From positions 39,246,001 to 39,310,000 of the forward strand of contig NC_045138.2 in the NCBI RefSeq assembly GCF_008831285.2: 64,000 nucleotides of DNA, in the 5' to 3' direction. This document shows, in pieces, positions 1-14,022 of the stretch. The position numbers were made by a program, and so were the translations under genes. The stretch's first letter is position 1, and the number at the start of each line of letters is the position of its first letter. The notes below the pieces were generated by a model. That model worked only from the letters and a program-made list of their open reading frames with translations, ran no database searches and was not told where the DNA came from. Origin of the DNA: Nymphaea colorata (lineage: Eukaryota).

Positions 1-3000
1 AGGGAGGAAGAGGAGGTGAAGTCGGGGGCCGGAGAGGAAGAGGAGGGAGAAAATGTAGCGGAAGACGGTGGGTGTTGGTGTTGTGGGGAGGACTCGGCGG
101 GGGAGGGAGAGTTGGGACTTGGAGACGTCGTGGAAGATGCGGAGTCGTTCTCGAAGTTCCTGGTTCGAGCCACATTGGACGAAACGCAGGTGTTGGCTCA
201 GCTCGCATCCCTCTGCTACCACGCGTACTTCATCTCGGAGATCAAGGTATTCCATGTTTCGTTTGATCTTTAGATTGGAAATAGAAATGTTTCAGGTCTC
301 TACGTAGCGAAACGAGTCTCAGATAAGCCGTTTTTCCTGAAAATATGGGGCCTTTCCTGAAATATCAGGCAAAAGGTGGGTGTGAGTTGGGTGCCTAATG
401 AATATTTTTCTCTCTCATCTTTTATTCGTTTTCGGTTGGTTCCAGGACATGCTCCCAACGTGACCATGTTTTCATTTAATGGTCAATTTGAATTTTCTAA
501 TTCCGCTCCCCAAATTTCCTTTAAGTATGTTTTTTCTTGGATATATTTTAGAAACTTGAAAGACTGCAATGCAACTATCATGAGCTGAAGTTGAGAAAGA
601 GATGAAAAGTAAGTGGAGCCATTTTTAGCTTCCATGAGGGAAGACTAAGATCAAAAGAAGGCAACTTAAAAAAAAAAAAAAAAAAGAAGGAAACGGACGT
701 GAAACCGGTGTCCTGTCACCGAAAATGTAAAAAATTGACCTTTGATAAGAGGAAACGATTAAATATTAGCGAGAGTGGTCGTTGAGGACTTGGGCGATGG
801 ATTTGAGTAACTGAGCTGGAATCGGGTGTCAATTCGAATCACATAGATTTTTCTAAACTGAAGTTAATTTATCATAAGAAATTTAACTTTGCCTTCCAAA
901 TTGTAGCCCGACGAACTGTGGAGGTACCACCGGCTGAGCTACGTCACCTCCTCTCTCGAAAAGAAAGCCAAAGCCAAAGAACTTTGCAAGGCGGGCACTG
1001 GAAACGACTCGCCGGGACTCTCGACTTCAGGAGTGAAGAAGGCGGTCAGGCCATCGGTGGCCTATGAGATTGCCGCCGCCGCCGCTTCCTATCTGCACTC
1101 GAGGTCGAGGAGGTTGCTTCCGTTCGCAGCCAGGGCCCACAATGGCACCGACTCCGCCAGACACTGCGAGTGTGGTGGTGATTTCTCTAGCCCTGGGGCT
1201 TCCAAGTCAGAGATGGCGGCTTATGTGGCAGCGTCGACCGTAACGGCGGTGGTGGCAGCAGAGGAGGAGGCGAAGAAGGAGGCGGCCAAGAATCTGCGAT
1301 CCCTGCACTCATCGCCTTGTGAGTGGTTCGTCTGCGACGATGATGCCGCGCACACTCGTTGCTTCGTCATTCAGGTCAGCCTCTCTCCATGCCTGCAACA
1401 ATCGAATCGAGCCCGGACTCATTACGAGCCAAGTTTTACCACCGCACGTCCCATTTGCGATTCCAGGCGCGGAGAGCAAATCTGGTCCAAAGTTTAGGGC
1501 CCAAAATGGTCGAGGGCGCCCGTAGCTGCCGTCCATCTCAAAGATGAACGGCTTGAGAAATTGATGAATGTGGCTGTGTTTCATTTCTAGTGGGGCACCA
1601 AATGGAAGTTCTGTTGGCTGTTGCATATTTGAATCGCGTCTTACGACAAAAAAAATGATACAAGAACGCAAGAAAAGGAATCCGTTCATCTTGATGATGA
1701 ACGGAATCCTAGCGGCCTCGGGCATGGGGTTGGACTAGTATCAAGAAGTGGCATAAAGTGTATCATCGTTTCCGCTGTGTGCCTGGTGATAGAAGTTTTA
1801 GCAACAGTCTACTCTGAGGTGTTTTAACTTATAAGTGATTTTGAGTCCATTTATCTGTAACAGGGGTCAGACAACTTGTCGTCATGGCAGGCCAATCTAT
1901 TCTTCGAGCCTACACCTTTTGAGGTAAAATAAAAAGGAGGAAGAATTTCTCTGTTTGGTAGACTTGGTAGTATTCAAAGTAGAAGGCTGACGGTCTTTGT
2001 GTTGTTCTGCCGTGCAAACGAAAGGGAATGGACGTGTTGGTTCACAGAGGCATCTACGAAGCTGCCAAAGGCATGTACAATCAGCTGTTTCAGGAGGTGG
2101 TGGACTACCAAAGAGTGCACGGCAAACAGGCGAGATTCCGGTTCACTGGCCACTCTCTCGGCGGAGGCCTCTCCGTGTTGGTCAGCCTCATGCTTGTGGC
2201 CAGGGAGGTGGTGCCTGCATCGTCGATGCTGCCGGTTGTGACGTTCGGGGCTCCCTTCATCTTCGGTGCGGGGCAACGCGTTCTGCAAGCTCTGGGCTTG
2301 AGCGACTCGTTCGTGCAGTCGGTCATGATGCACCGGGACATCGTCCCTCGGGCCTTCTCGTGCCGGTACCCGGACCGCGTGGCCGTGCTCCTTCGGCGGC
2401 TCAGCGCCAGCTTCCAACACCACCCTTGCCTCAACAGCGATGTAAGTAATGACGTTTCACTTTCTGATTTTTTTTTAGTTTCCCCCTTTACAATGATTTA
2501 GTTGGAAGAAGATATTGTTGTGGTAGTACTCTGTGGTAGCATCTGTGCACTGGGGGAGGTAAGTAATGGAATCGCATGCGGGGTTGCATATGTGGTCATG
2601 ATGTAAGAAGGAAATTTCATGTGAGAGCGTAACGGGGGTGCTCTTGATATGGCTATGCCGCTCTGGTCTGAGTTTACTATGATTGGTGATCCCACACCAA
2701 CAACTTGATCGTTAAGTACCTCCGTTCTCTCTTGTACGAGAAAAAGCCCGATTGCATCCTTAGATCTAGGCTTTAGGATCTGGGTTTAGAAATTAGGTGT
2801 CGGATTTTGATTTGACGGGAGGCTTGTTAATAATTAAGAAACATGTTGGAACTCGCCAAAATCGTGCCTTTTGAGTATAATAGGCTAATCGTCGCATCTT
2901 GCTGTACTTTTTTTTGACTTAGTACCTCAATGGAAGCTTGTGTTCCACACATTTAGTCAAAACACCTTTGTTTTTCTGTCTCCTGGTGTCTGAGGTTTGG

Positions 3001-4082
3001 TTAGTGTGAAAGATCAACTTGTGTTGCATCCGTCGTGGGATTAGGAATTAGGATTGCTCTCTGTCCCCAAGTTACGTTGTAAAGGCATTCTTCTAGGTTG
3101 TAAACAGGCCGCATACGACAAGGGGCTTTCCTACTTTTTACTATAGTCCAATAGTGTCCACTCCAAAAGAAAAAGTGGTGTTTTATTTGTTATCCAACGT
3201 TGTATATTGAAAGTGAACTCACTCAATCTGCACGCGCGAGCAACTTTTAATGTTATTATTTCCAAAATTTCCTATGTTAGCCACACCTTTGCTGACGACT
3301 GCCGGACAGGGTCGAAGTTTTTCAGAGTAAAAGATTGCAGAAATTTTTGGAGTTTTTGTTCAATATAATGTCATAAAAGAAAGAAGTATATTGTTACAGC
3401 ATTGAATTGCACTGTGCTTTTAAACCAAGTTAAAAGATGAATGGGGATAGGGAGGCTGGTCTTTGGCACTTGATGAATCCTTTTCCCTTTCACATGGTTG
3501 TCAAGGAATGGCACTACACAAAAACGAACCTCTTCTAGATTGCATTGAGCATGCCTCTTTTCTTCGTAAGAAGGGTTACTTGGGCTATTGGTTGATTTTC
3601 CTTTCCATTCTGCAAGGATGAAATTAAGCAGTTTCAGTAGGTTCATTGACATATGATTGGTGTTGAATCTGCAGAAATTGTTGTACACCCCACTGGGCGA
3701 ACTTCTCATCGTGCAGCCTGACGAAGCCCTGTCTCCAGCTCATCCCCTTCTTCCACATGGGAGTGGCCTGTACAAGCTTAGAACGACGCTGGGGTATGGT
3801 CCGCTAGCAAGTGCTGTGCGCACCTTCCTCAATTCACCACATCCATTAGAAACTCTTAGTGATCCCAAGGCTTATGGTTCGGAAGGCTCCATACTAAGGG
3901 ACCATGAGTCTGCTAATTACCTGAAGGCCGTCAACGGCATCGTGCTGCAGCAGACGAAACACAGGCGACGGATGCTGCGGGAGCAACGGAAACATGATCT
4001 GTGGCCTCTATTCAGGCCGTGTTCACATGCAATGTCATCCCCGCCAACGACGGAAATCGCCATTGGTGTGGAGGTTCTGTAA
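1..4082 (+). CDS. PLIP: Phospholipase A1 PLIP-type / class-3 lipase, 5'-partial, 5 exons in window
   Basis: Exons <1-246, 907-1374, 1864-1923, 2025-2441, 3675-4082. All introns are GT-AG and the frame is preserved (1599 nt, ends TAA). Lipase nucleophile elbow FTGHSLGG is present. PLIP-like motifs: SSPCEWFVCDD, FVIQGSD..SWQANLFFEP, VHRGIYEAAKG, MHRDIVPRAFSC, NSPHPLETLSD..AYGSEGSILRDH. The paralogue (PLIP1/2/3) is not resolved. Confidence 0.9.
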
Positions 4083-7000
4083 TTGTTGCGACAGGGTTGT
4101 TGTGTAAATGAATTAATTCTTATGCCTTACATTCTTACTGTCATAAAAGAGCTTGTTCTTGATCGTTTCTACCAAATCAAACAGTTGGTGTTACGTACTG
4201 TTGCTAAAGTGAACGTGCCTTTGAGACCATGGTGGTAGTGATTGCAGAGAGGTTGTGTAATTATCCTTTCAAAGTTTTTTTTTTTTTTTTGTTACTTTTG
4301 GGAAAATATAGTTTCTATCTTCGGGGTTCCGAACTTAAAATGTCATTCTTTAATGGGTTTACTTTTATGCGGCATGCTTGTCAAGAACCAATAAATAAGT
4401 CAAAAAATGTTAATGACTATCAAATTTGTGATAAAACCTTACTCACATCCAATCGAACCAATACCGTCCACTGGCTGCCCATGTTTCTTGTTACTGTATC
4501 ATATCCTTATATAGTCAGAATTTCACTTTGAAAATCATGTTCGGTTATTAAGTTTGATTACGCAGTTGAGCATAATCTTTTCTTATTCTGGCAAACACCT
4601 GTTGAGGGATAGGCCCTATACCAATTTATTGACCCAAAAATGAATACGTACAGACAAAAATCAAAACCCCTACTTGAGAACAGAAAAGAAAGGAAATGAT
4701 TTAATTTTGATTACAGTAATGTGCTTCCTTTCATGTTCTTCCCCATCGTTTCTTCTTGATGAGGGTACACGGTCACTTCCCCTTATTTCCCTTCGTTTTG
4801 GTCCAAATCTTTGCATCTCCTTATGAACCCCAATACTTCAAAGGTTTGCTTTTGTAGAACTATAACATTTGCCCTAAAAGAAAAATTGACTGATGTCTCT
4901 CCAGTAAACTTAGAAGGGAAAAAGTCGAAGGAATGTAAAGATGAACATTGCGTCCTTTCAAATGTGTAATGGCAATACGTGACTAGAGGGATTCGTGGGT
5001 ATATAACTTAAGCTACAATTCCATACAGTATAGCTCTGGTCTTTCAATGAAGCAGCGGTGGTCGTGTTCCTCGATCACCAGTTGATCAAGAGCTCGAACC
5101 GTGGACCTGCAATCTCCATTAAAGGAGATATGGTCCCTCTACATGCCAATTCCTTACACTGAGGATTTCTAAGGCGATCAGTTTTTGTATTCCATTGTGT
5201 AACCGATAATTCCTTTTCTTTACACAGCTAAATAAACACAATTTTTTGTATTTCATTTCCTTTTTATCCAAACAGACCTTTTAAATAGTTTCTTTCCTTT
5301 CCTTTCTTTTCCCTCCCCATTAGTTTTTCCTCTCTCTATTTTCCTTTCCCTTCTATCTATTAAAACTTTCTTTTCCATACATGCAAACATTGTTCTGAGG
5401 ACCCCATCCCTTAATATCCAGATTGATCAAGTTTACAAGTAAAACTGCACATACCTGTAGGAAAGTTGCCATTTGAACAACTTCATACCTACTCCAGCTC
5501 TGATTATTCCACTGTTGAAGTGCTAACGGGGTGGATAAATCTCTTCCATGGGTCTCAGGAATAGCTTGAGTGCATTTGATTTCTTTCCCTTACCTTTGCA
5601 CATCCATATCCGTCTACAAATACTGCTCAGTGCTCAGTGCTCTTGGGTAGTAGTTCCACACCCACCATCTCTCATTTTCTGTTATTACTGCTTGTGGGTT
5701 GTGTCTGCACACACTGCTACACTTCCATATGCACCGTATGACCAGATGAAATGTGACCTTCCAGCATTTTCGAAGAATCGCTTCTGTTTCACCATCTGCA
5801 GCGCCCCTGTTTTAATTATTCTTGGCGAATGTTGTCAAACAAAAACTACTCTTACTTTCCTGATTGTCTCTCTATTAGTTGGTTTATCATGGTTGCCTAA
5901 TGACGTAATGGCTAGCGAGGCATCCCAGTATGGGAAACGGGTGAAGATAGGGAAGGATAGCGAAGCACTGTAATGAGAAAGAAGACTGCGAATGCCCACG
6001 CTTCTGATTACTCGGATTTGGATTTTAATTCAGAGATAACCAATCGTATGGATGTTGGATGTAAGAAAAAATTTAACTTACCCCAAATCGAAGCTCATAT
6101 TTGCTACATAATAAATGAGTCTCAAACTCGTAACATACCTTTTGAATGTAAATAAAAAACAAGCATTGCCAACACATCATCTTTGTCAAGATTTCAAATA
6201 AACGACCAAAAAGCAAATTATAGTAGACGGTAACTGGTCACAAATTGGAAAATTAATTAGCACAATATCTATTGCAAATCTACATAGAACTTTGGAAACA
6301 AAGACATGTTTCAGGTAATTTAAGTACCAACCTCAGCACTTTAGCCTGACCAGTCTCGGACACCTTCTCATTTATGTAAATGCTTCTGCACTTTTGCTTC
6401 TCATCCTTCTTCACAGGGAAGAAGAAGAAGAAGAGCAAGATATCTATACTGGTGGGCTTCATAAGCCATGCCAGGCAACAATTTTATAGCCTGTCAGCAA
6501 TTGCTTCCCGAGTATCCTCACTTTTTCACTACAAAATAACTGGAAGATACTTATGTTTTTTTCTTCTTCTTTTTTTTTTTCCCTGGTCGTCGGTCACATT
6601 GAATAAAGTAGAATATGGAAAAGAAAATTGGGAGATTAGAAGACCAAAACGAGAACTTACTTCCTCTGAACTCTTGAACTGAGAGAGAGAAAGACAGGTG
6701 AATTGAGCTCCTCAATAAAGAAATGGGGCAACCTTAATCCAAAACATTATGTAAGGATTTTTTTTTTTTGTTTGGGGTAAAAAGATCTTTGGCTATGCAA
6801 TTTATATTCAGGATGTACAAATAAGAAGTTGTGATTGTTCAGTGTGCAATTTAGACGTTTCAATTCAACAAAACCCTTCTAATGAGAGAAAGCACTAATT
6901 TTTTTATGTAAAATGGTAAAAAAATGTCCTTCATAAGCAAGAATTCTTCTCTTGACTGAAGGATGATATTTTCGCACTCAAGAGGGTATTTTTTTTGTTA

Positions 7001-7099
7001 TTTTACATTAAAAATTAATGTTTTCTTTTCCTGAGCAGCTGTTTGAGAATTTCTCCCAAAAAATTGAGCCGTTATTTCTTAACTTTCTAAAGTATTTGC

Positions 7100-8640
7100 T
7101 CAAAAGTTTTTTCTTTTTGTAACTTTTTGTAGATTCTGCAAGCCCGGAAAAACTCCAGCCATTAACAAAAAAAAGTGTCATATTTTTGGACGCGAAGGAC
7201 AAGTCCAGTGATGTCCTACAGCATCCAGGTAAACAGGATTCAAAATCTCAACTGCTCGAGCATATACCATTTTCCATATTCTTTCCTCCACACAACAAGT
7301 TCACGTACCATCTTTCACTTCAGATCTCTCTGCTTACCAGCCGGAAGAACCAATCACATATCCGTCGTTTGCATGGAGACCATATTACACCACTTACAAG
7401 GCCTTCAAAGTTGCCAGTCTTACCTTGAATTTAACTCTTCCAATAAACATCTCAATCAGTTTGCCGAAAGGTCGTAGCATAACTGGACGGTGAGAGCTCA
7501 ATTGTCAATTTGATTCTCATAAGCATTACTCATTTGGATTGCAAAGGGTGGCAGACGCTACACTCAGGTTAAAGGTAGTAACTGTAAGTTCATTCAGATC
7601 CCAATGTATCCTTAGACTCCAGAAGTAAAGGGGAGGAAAGAACAACTTGATTCAGATAAGCATTACTTATCTAGATTGCAAAAGGTGGCAGTTAAAGGCA
7701 GTAACTGTAAGTTGATTCAGATCTCAACACATCTCTAGACTCTAGGAGTAAAGGGGAGAAAAAGAACAATTTGATTCCCATAAACATTAATTATCTGGAT
7801 TAGAAAGGGTGGCAGACACTCAAGTTAAATTGAGTAACTGTAAGTTCTCCCTACGAGTAGAGGGGAGGAATGGAGGCTTCGGCCTCTCACCGGAATGGTG
7901 AGGGTCCACTTCCGTCCACCCGAAATTCTTCACATAAAACAAAATTGCCTAGAAAACATGAACCATAATTTTATCACTTTACATAAAATTACAAAATGCT
8001 GAGGCTACGACCCTCGGCCCTACGGCCTATCCTTCTCGAGAAGACAATGCTTCTTGTTGTCATTAAGCTACAAACTTAACAAGAAGTGTCGTCCTATTCG
8101 CAAAAAGGACTCTCTCAATGAATTCACCAAGTGAAGTTGAAGCTAAGATCAGTTGACCGCGCGTCGATCTATCAAGGTCACCACATAAGAAGCAATTAAC
8201 CCTACCAGCCAGAAGCCAAGGTCTGAAAATGACCCCATTAATAATTTCTTGCATGCAAGAGTCAGCAAAAGATCACAGTCAAATATGTGTAAGCAGGCAC
8301 TAGATTTTACCTTGTGGGAGGCGAAGATTTTGTTCTATGTGATGAACAAATTAAATCCAAGAAGAAATCGATGTCCATAACTTCATGGCATTGATCAAAC
8401 TCTAACTTCTCCATATTATGAGACATTCAGTTAATGAATTGAAGAGCAGTAACTGCTGCCATTAACAGCTTGGCCAATGAAAATTTGTCGCTGTAAACTC
8501 CATGTAATTAATTCTAGAAGTCTCAAGTAGGTGAAGTCATGCGGGCTCCCGCAAAGACAGAGGAGCCTTTCTGAATTAATCAAAGAAAGCAATCTGCCCT
8601 TCACAGGAGGCAAGTGTAGACTCTGTAGGTAATTGCCTAG
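7100..8640 (-). mobile_element. Degenerate L1-type LINE 3' fragment, interrupted by a tandem repeat
   Basis: Minus-strand translation of 8063-8254 gives LAGRVNCFLCGDLDRSTRGQLILAS...VLF, resembling the zf-RVT region (C-x-LC...HL). 7190-7480 gives a decayed GVIWS...FFR C-terminal-like segment, followed by an A-rich tail near 7105-7170. Multiple stops; boundaries approximate. Confidence 0.35.
7509..7870. repeat. Diverged tandem repeat, ~3 units of ~100-140 bp
   Basis: Recurring blocks ttgattc..ataa(g/a)catta.t.at.t.gatt..aa(a/g)ggtggcag, gttaaa...agtaactgtaagtt and gta(a/g)agggga at ~7509, ~7647 and ~7769. Confidence 0.85.
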
Positions 8641-11264
8641 ACAGACACCAAAAAAAAAGAAGGAGCTTATTTTTATATTGATATTTCAATGTAATTTTCT
8701 TTATATATGTATAAGTGTCCCTTAAAAATTTAAAATTGTATAACTAGTGCCCTTTAACCATAATTTTCTGGCTCGGCCTCTGGTCCTCCGGAATCCTTAT
8801 GGTCGCTTGGATTAGTTTCCAAGGGATCTGAATCCACACATCATTGAAAACCACATTTTTTTGGAGAATCTTTAATTTGCAGCAGATCCATGAGGCATCT
8901 ATATAATGTACAAACTGGATGGCTTTGGCCTACATTCTGAACCATGTCGAACCCAGACAAAGCCTAGGCTGGCTAAGCAGAGAGGTCAATTATTAAGTAG
9001 CTAGATTGGGCACATGGAGGATCACTGGTATGCTTGTTTGGCAGTATATACCAGATAATGATCCAACCTGGTTAGCTTGTGAATTTTCGCAATGCAAAAG
9101 ACAAGACATGACTTAGATACCTCCTTTTTCTGCACACTTCCGTTCACATTTGAAATATGAAAAGTTTTTTGGGTGAGCAGGAACTAAGGACAAGAAAATT
9201 TCCAAGAACGCTTCAATAACCATTTTTATTTGGTCTATCATAGTTGGGATTCATTTTGGCGTCTTTAACTTGTCAACATTTGCAAGTTGCAACACAAAAT
9301 ATTAAATACACAATACACACACACTCTCTCTCTCTACCCACCTTCTGTCTAACTAGTTTAAGTTTTTAACAAATTTCTTTGGTAAAAGTTGTCTACCATT
9401 CATTAAAGTATCATAATTTTTTTAGTATATTTTTCTAAAGAATTATATGTCAACGAAATTACATTCAAAATATGTTTTCAGATATTGAACTACTGAGCTC
9501 CTTCAAGCTTTGGTCGCTTACTTTTGAAAAGACTAGTATAGATTTGAGAAGCCGACATTTAGAACACTGTTGGCTTGTGTTTGTTTGCTTGCGATTTGAG
9601 ATTAAAGATAATTTCAGATCATTGAGGATTTCAGGTCTGACCACCCGGGTTCTACAATCGAATGTAGATTTGAAATGTATAATTAGTTAAATACCTTGTT
9701 TCTTTAAACCATGGGCTTCATAAAGTGCGGATTTCAGATCAACCTTAGATTGGCAGGATACATGTTAAGAATTTCCCACATGTAATTCAATCACCATTTT
9801 TTTCCTTTTTTTCTTTTCTCATATACATTTACAACTCTCATGAAGTACTGATTTCAGATCAACATTGTCTTTTTTTTTTAAAGAAGAGTTTATGAAACAT
9901 AGAGTCCAGAACATTAGAGGCAAGGAGAATAGAGTCTACAAGAGTGTTGTGATCGCACCATTTACAGTGCATGAGAAGAGTAGCACACCATAATCAAACC
10001 AACGATACGTCTTTTATTTATAAAACCGTCTGCCGAACCAGCTATGCTATGTTTTTTTTAAGGCAAATAAAGGTGATTTGCCATTTTCACGTGCCTCATG
10101 AACTGTGTAAAAAGAATGTGCAATATCAGATTTCTGGCCTAATAGATTGTTTGATTTGACACTCTGTCATGGTACTTTACTCGATGGACCTTATCTTGGT
10201 TTTCCTTTTTCCAGGCAGGCATGCATAATAAGCAGCGTAAGCGTGTGAAGTTTCTTTTTCTTATTACCAAACAAAACAAGTTTTTCTTTCTCTTAATCAC
10301 TAAACGAACAATGACAACCAAATTCACATCAGATACAGATATCCAGGACACCCTAATTGAGTTGAGATATTTACGAAGAGGCATTTGGCAACACTGTCAA
10401 AGATATTTTACCCCCTTCTACTTCTTCAAATCAAACATGATAAAAATTTACCGAGTTACATCCTGAAAACCAAAAGCAATCTTCAGGAACATAAATTCAG
10501 TTCTATATCTACAAAAAAAGTTCCTCTCTAGAAGGATACTGTGCTACGCAGATGCCCCCTAATCCCCTATGTAATTCATATCTATATGATGATCTAATCC
10601 GGGCAGATTATTGGTACTTAGAGCGAATTCTGCCGGAAAATCACGACATTCGAATGTGGTTAATTTGCAAAAAATAAGCCAGCATTGTATCATAAACCTG
10701 GTGGCTCATCAATCAACAAACTAATTGTAGACGAGATATAATAGGCAAGCTAAGCAACACCTAATCTCCTGATGAACAGCCAATTTATTTTCCAACATGA
10801 ATAATGCAAAGAATGCTTCACCTACTTCCCCAAATAGAGAGGCATACCATATGGTCCACATCGATATAAACCCAACATCAGTCCAAAACACAAGGGTCCT
10901 TTTCATGTCCTTTCCTTTTTGTGGATGGCCCATCTCATCAAACAGGAGCTCGAGGAAGGGGCGCCCCTTGTGCTTCACCATGAGTCAGGTTCTCATGTAA
11001 GCCAAAATAGCTTTATAAGCAAGCAACCCTCTCCTTTTAATTTTTCCAGCTTTTCCCTTTTCCTCCAAGCAATACATGTTGGTGGGTAGTAAGAATGATG
11101 AATAAAGAAAAAAGGAGATAAGCCAAGTGGTTTTTGTAGCTTACCCTTTCTTTATCCCTTCTCTTTGTTGATTAAGAGTCCCCACCAAAGCTAGTTTCAT
11201 TAGGCAATAACAGAAACTGAGTTGCACTAACATAGGGCTGCATAGTCCTTCTTCACCATCCCAT

Positions 11265-11265
<1 letters not shown>

Positions 11266-11298
<33 letters not shown>
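11266..11298. repeat. (CT)n microsatellite
   Basis: Perfect CT dinucleotide run. Similar runs at ~11553, 17548, 30761, 37665 and 45774. Confidence 0.9.
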
Positions 11299-11300
<2 letters not shown>

Positions 11301-13839
11301 GAATGTTGGGTAGTTATTTGTGTAAAGAGGACAAAAGAGAACAGGGGTTTTACTTCTTGCAGGGTTCATTTTTCCCAAAAGAAAAAAATTCCAAGGAATT
11401 TTTCTCATGATACTTTCTCTGAGAATATTCTGAACTGGGAATCCCTTAAGGTCCATTTGCTGACCAATCCCGTGATCTCTGATGCTATACGTGTTTGCTT
11501 GCCATTGGTCGAACGGCTTGGCATTATCTTCATTTTCAAAAGCAGGAGTGACCTCTCTCTCTCTCTCTCTCTCCACAGCTTATCTGCAAAAGTTCCCCAA
11601 ATCTAAAAAAAAAAAAAGAACAGCTTGTAAATGTCACCAATCCAAAAAGAGATGGGGAAGATATGTGTTCCCTGTTGTCAGGCTAAAGGCACTAGCTTCT
11701 TAGACCAATGAAACTTGAGTATGTTTGTTCTTGGAACACATATTCTTAACACGGCTAGCTGTCTTAAGAAAACTATTTCTTTGGTATCGAAACTATTTTC
11801 CGACAAGCAAACAATGAATATATTCAATACAACGTCTTTTAAAACAAAAGCATGATGTTCTTGTGATATATGTTGCAATAACAAGCTTTAAAAACACAAT
11901 GTTCTTCTTTACCAAACACCCTCATAGAGAATTCCATTTAATTTGATTGGATCAAGCTAGATCATTTAAGAGGACATTCCAACTGGACGCCTTCGTCCAT
12001 TATGCAGTGAACCCACGCAAACATGAGACAGTTAATGACGTAATTAAGTAAGAGTAGATCTCAATGCCCTACAACTAGGTCAAGGATGGGTTATCTACTC
12101 CGACTTTTTATCCAAGTACAATGAGCCTCAAACAGGTTAATCTTATATCTACTTCTATCAATGAATATGAACGGATTCATGATGGACGTATTGCTAATTG
12201 GAAAGTGAACCGATGACGTTTGTTGGGAGCAGTTAATTGTCCTGGGTTCATTTATTTCTCGGTTCTATTGCCCCAGTGTATCCTATTCTTCTGTTATATT
12301 TTCCAGGAAGTGAAGAAAATGAAGCATGATGTTGGCCCTGGAAAATTGCGCAGAGAGCTGTTGTCCTTGATCACTAAAATGTTTTCTGAACTTGGGTGTT
12401 TGCTTATATGAGGTAAAACCATGATTTCTTCCACCCTGCAGATGAACTTTCACATAAACGTGGTCTTGTTTCTGCATTCTCTGTTTTTGCTTGCCTGTGC
12501 CATGTCGATTGCTGTCCTTGTCTCTTGCTCCCACCAAACAATCCTTCGCCTACCTTTCTGTTTGTTTCTTGCGAGCAAATTAAATCTTAGTGCAGAGTAA
12601 AAATCTTGAAGATTTGGAACAGAAGCATTGTAGTTCTTTTGGAAATCTGGGTCTTTCAAGAAAAAAAGTTGAGCAGAATCCAAAGAAAATTACAGGAGTG
12701 CTGATCAAAGAGGCATGAATATGATGCTTTCAGGAAAATGAAGTCGAAAGATCAATCTTTTCTAATTTTAATATATTTTGCCTTGAGAAGATGGACTAAA
12801 TCAGCACCCTGTCCCTTTTCCATCAAACCCAGCAGTTTCTTGCCACCTCCCCAAGCAGCAAAAGAATCTAATGGCGACTTCAAAAAGGGTTTCCACCCGT
12901 ATGAAGCACAACAGAAGTAGCAGAAAACAATCATGCCGGTTCTCATTTTGCACGCTAGAGGAAATTCATTGAAGACTGTACAAAGAACACGCCTGATCTT
13001 TAAGAGCAATGAAAACGTTCATCGATTAAAATAAGCAGTTAAATGGAGGGAAAAAAAAATCAAGCTTAAACAAGTTTCTGTAGTACAACCAAAAGTCAGC
13101 TGTGTTCTTATAAGTTGTTGTTTTATCGAAAATTTCTGTGGGGTCATGAAAAGGTTACATCTTGTAAGGTGAGATGTACATGGGACAGATAAGAAGCTCA
13201 TCCCCTCATAAATTTAGCGAGGGCAGTACATGTTGATTTAATTGTGGAATTTAGTTCTACAACTGGTGAAATTTATTGTGGTTTCCGCCATTATGTTGCT
13301 TACAGGCTGGTGAATGCAATTTGATCTGCTAAGTGTCTTAGGATTTTTTTGAGTTAGTCTCTCTTATCCTAAAATTTCTGGCTTGCACCTTATCAAGCAT
13401 TATAAGCAAGGTTTTATAGTAAAAAACCTATATATAAAATGGTTCTTTGACTAATAATAATTCTCCTAAGTTGGTATTATACTTTCATTATTGGACTTCA
13501 TAACCCTAATCTGAAACACTAATGAAGGCTATAATATATGCTTTTATTCGTCCATGTCTTTCCATGCTTGGGTGGTCAAGATCATCAACAGTACTCCTAT
13601 TTTTATAAGAGTGGTGCACCATGCTCTTAAGAACCCACTCAATTTAAATGTACCAAAGTTTGCTGGTATTTATCTTTGTCTTAAAGTTGCACAAGTGATT
13701 GATAAAGACATAAACTAAACCTTTTAATCGGCTTCATGCTGATTTTGGTGATCTTAGCGCCTTGAATAAATAATTTACTACCAAGTGAGCATAGTTGCAG
13801 GCTTAATCATTATCTGGCTAATCTCATTTAAATAAATAA

Positions 13840-14022
13840 GGTTGTGTTTGTTTCACCCCAGATTTGAGATCCAAGCTTTTATGAGATCCCTAGAATCTCA
13901 AATCTATGGATTTAATTTTAGACCTCCTTCAAATCCATGTTATTGAGATCTTTTGAGGATCTCTCAAAATACACATTTTAATTGCATCCTGAATTTAAGA
14001 TCTGAGCCTATCAAACACAACA
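13840..14022. mobile_element. Tourist-like (PIF/Harbinger) MITE
   Basis: Terminal inverted repeats GGTTGTGTTTG...CAAACACAAC(A), flanked by TAA on both sides (13837-13839 and 14023-14025). About 183 bp, AT-rich, non-coding. Confidence 0.7.

Noticed and set aside
1974..2449. Several 100-150 aa alternative-frame and antisense ORFs over lipase exon 4, and likewise over polygalacturonase exon 1 and OTP51 exon 1
   Set aside because: Expected by-products of GC-rich coding exons, with no recognisable motifs.
7509..7870. Repeat array considered as CRISPR-like
   Set aside because: The units are contiguous diverged duplications without unique spacers, in a plant nuclear context with no cas genes.
10945..10966. 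GAGCTCGAGGAAGGGGCGCC, superficially similar to miR390 or its target site
   Set aside because: Too many central mismatches, no precursor hairpin and no tasiARF sequence nearby.
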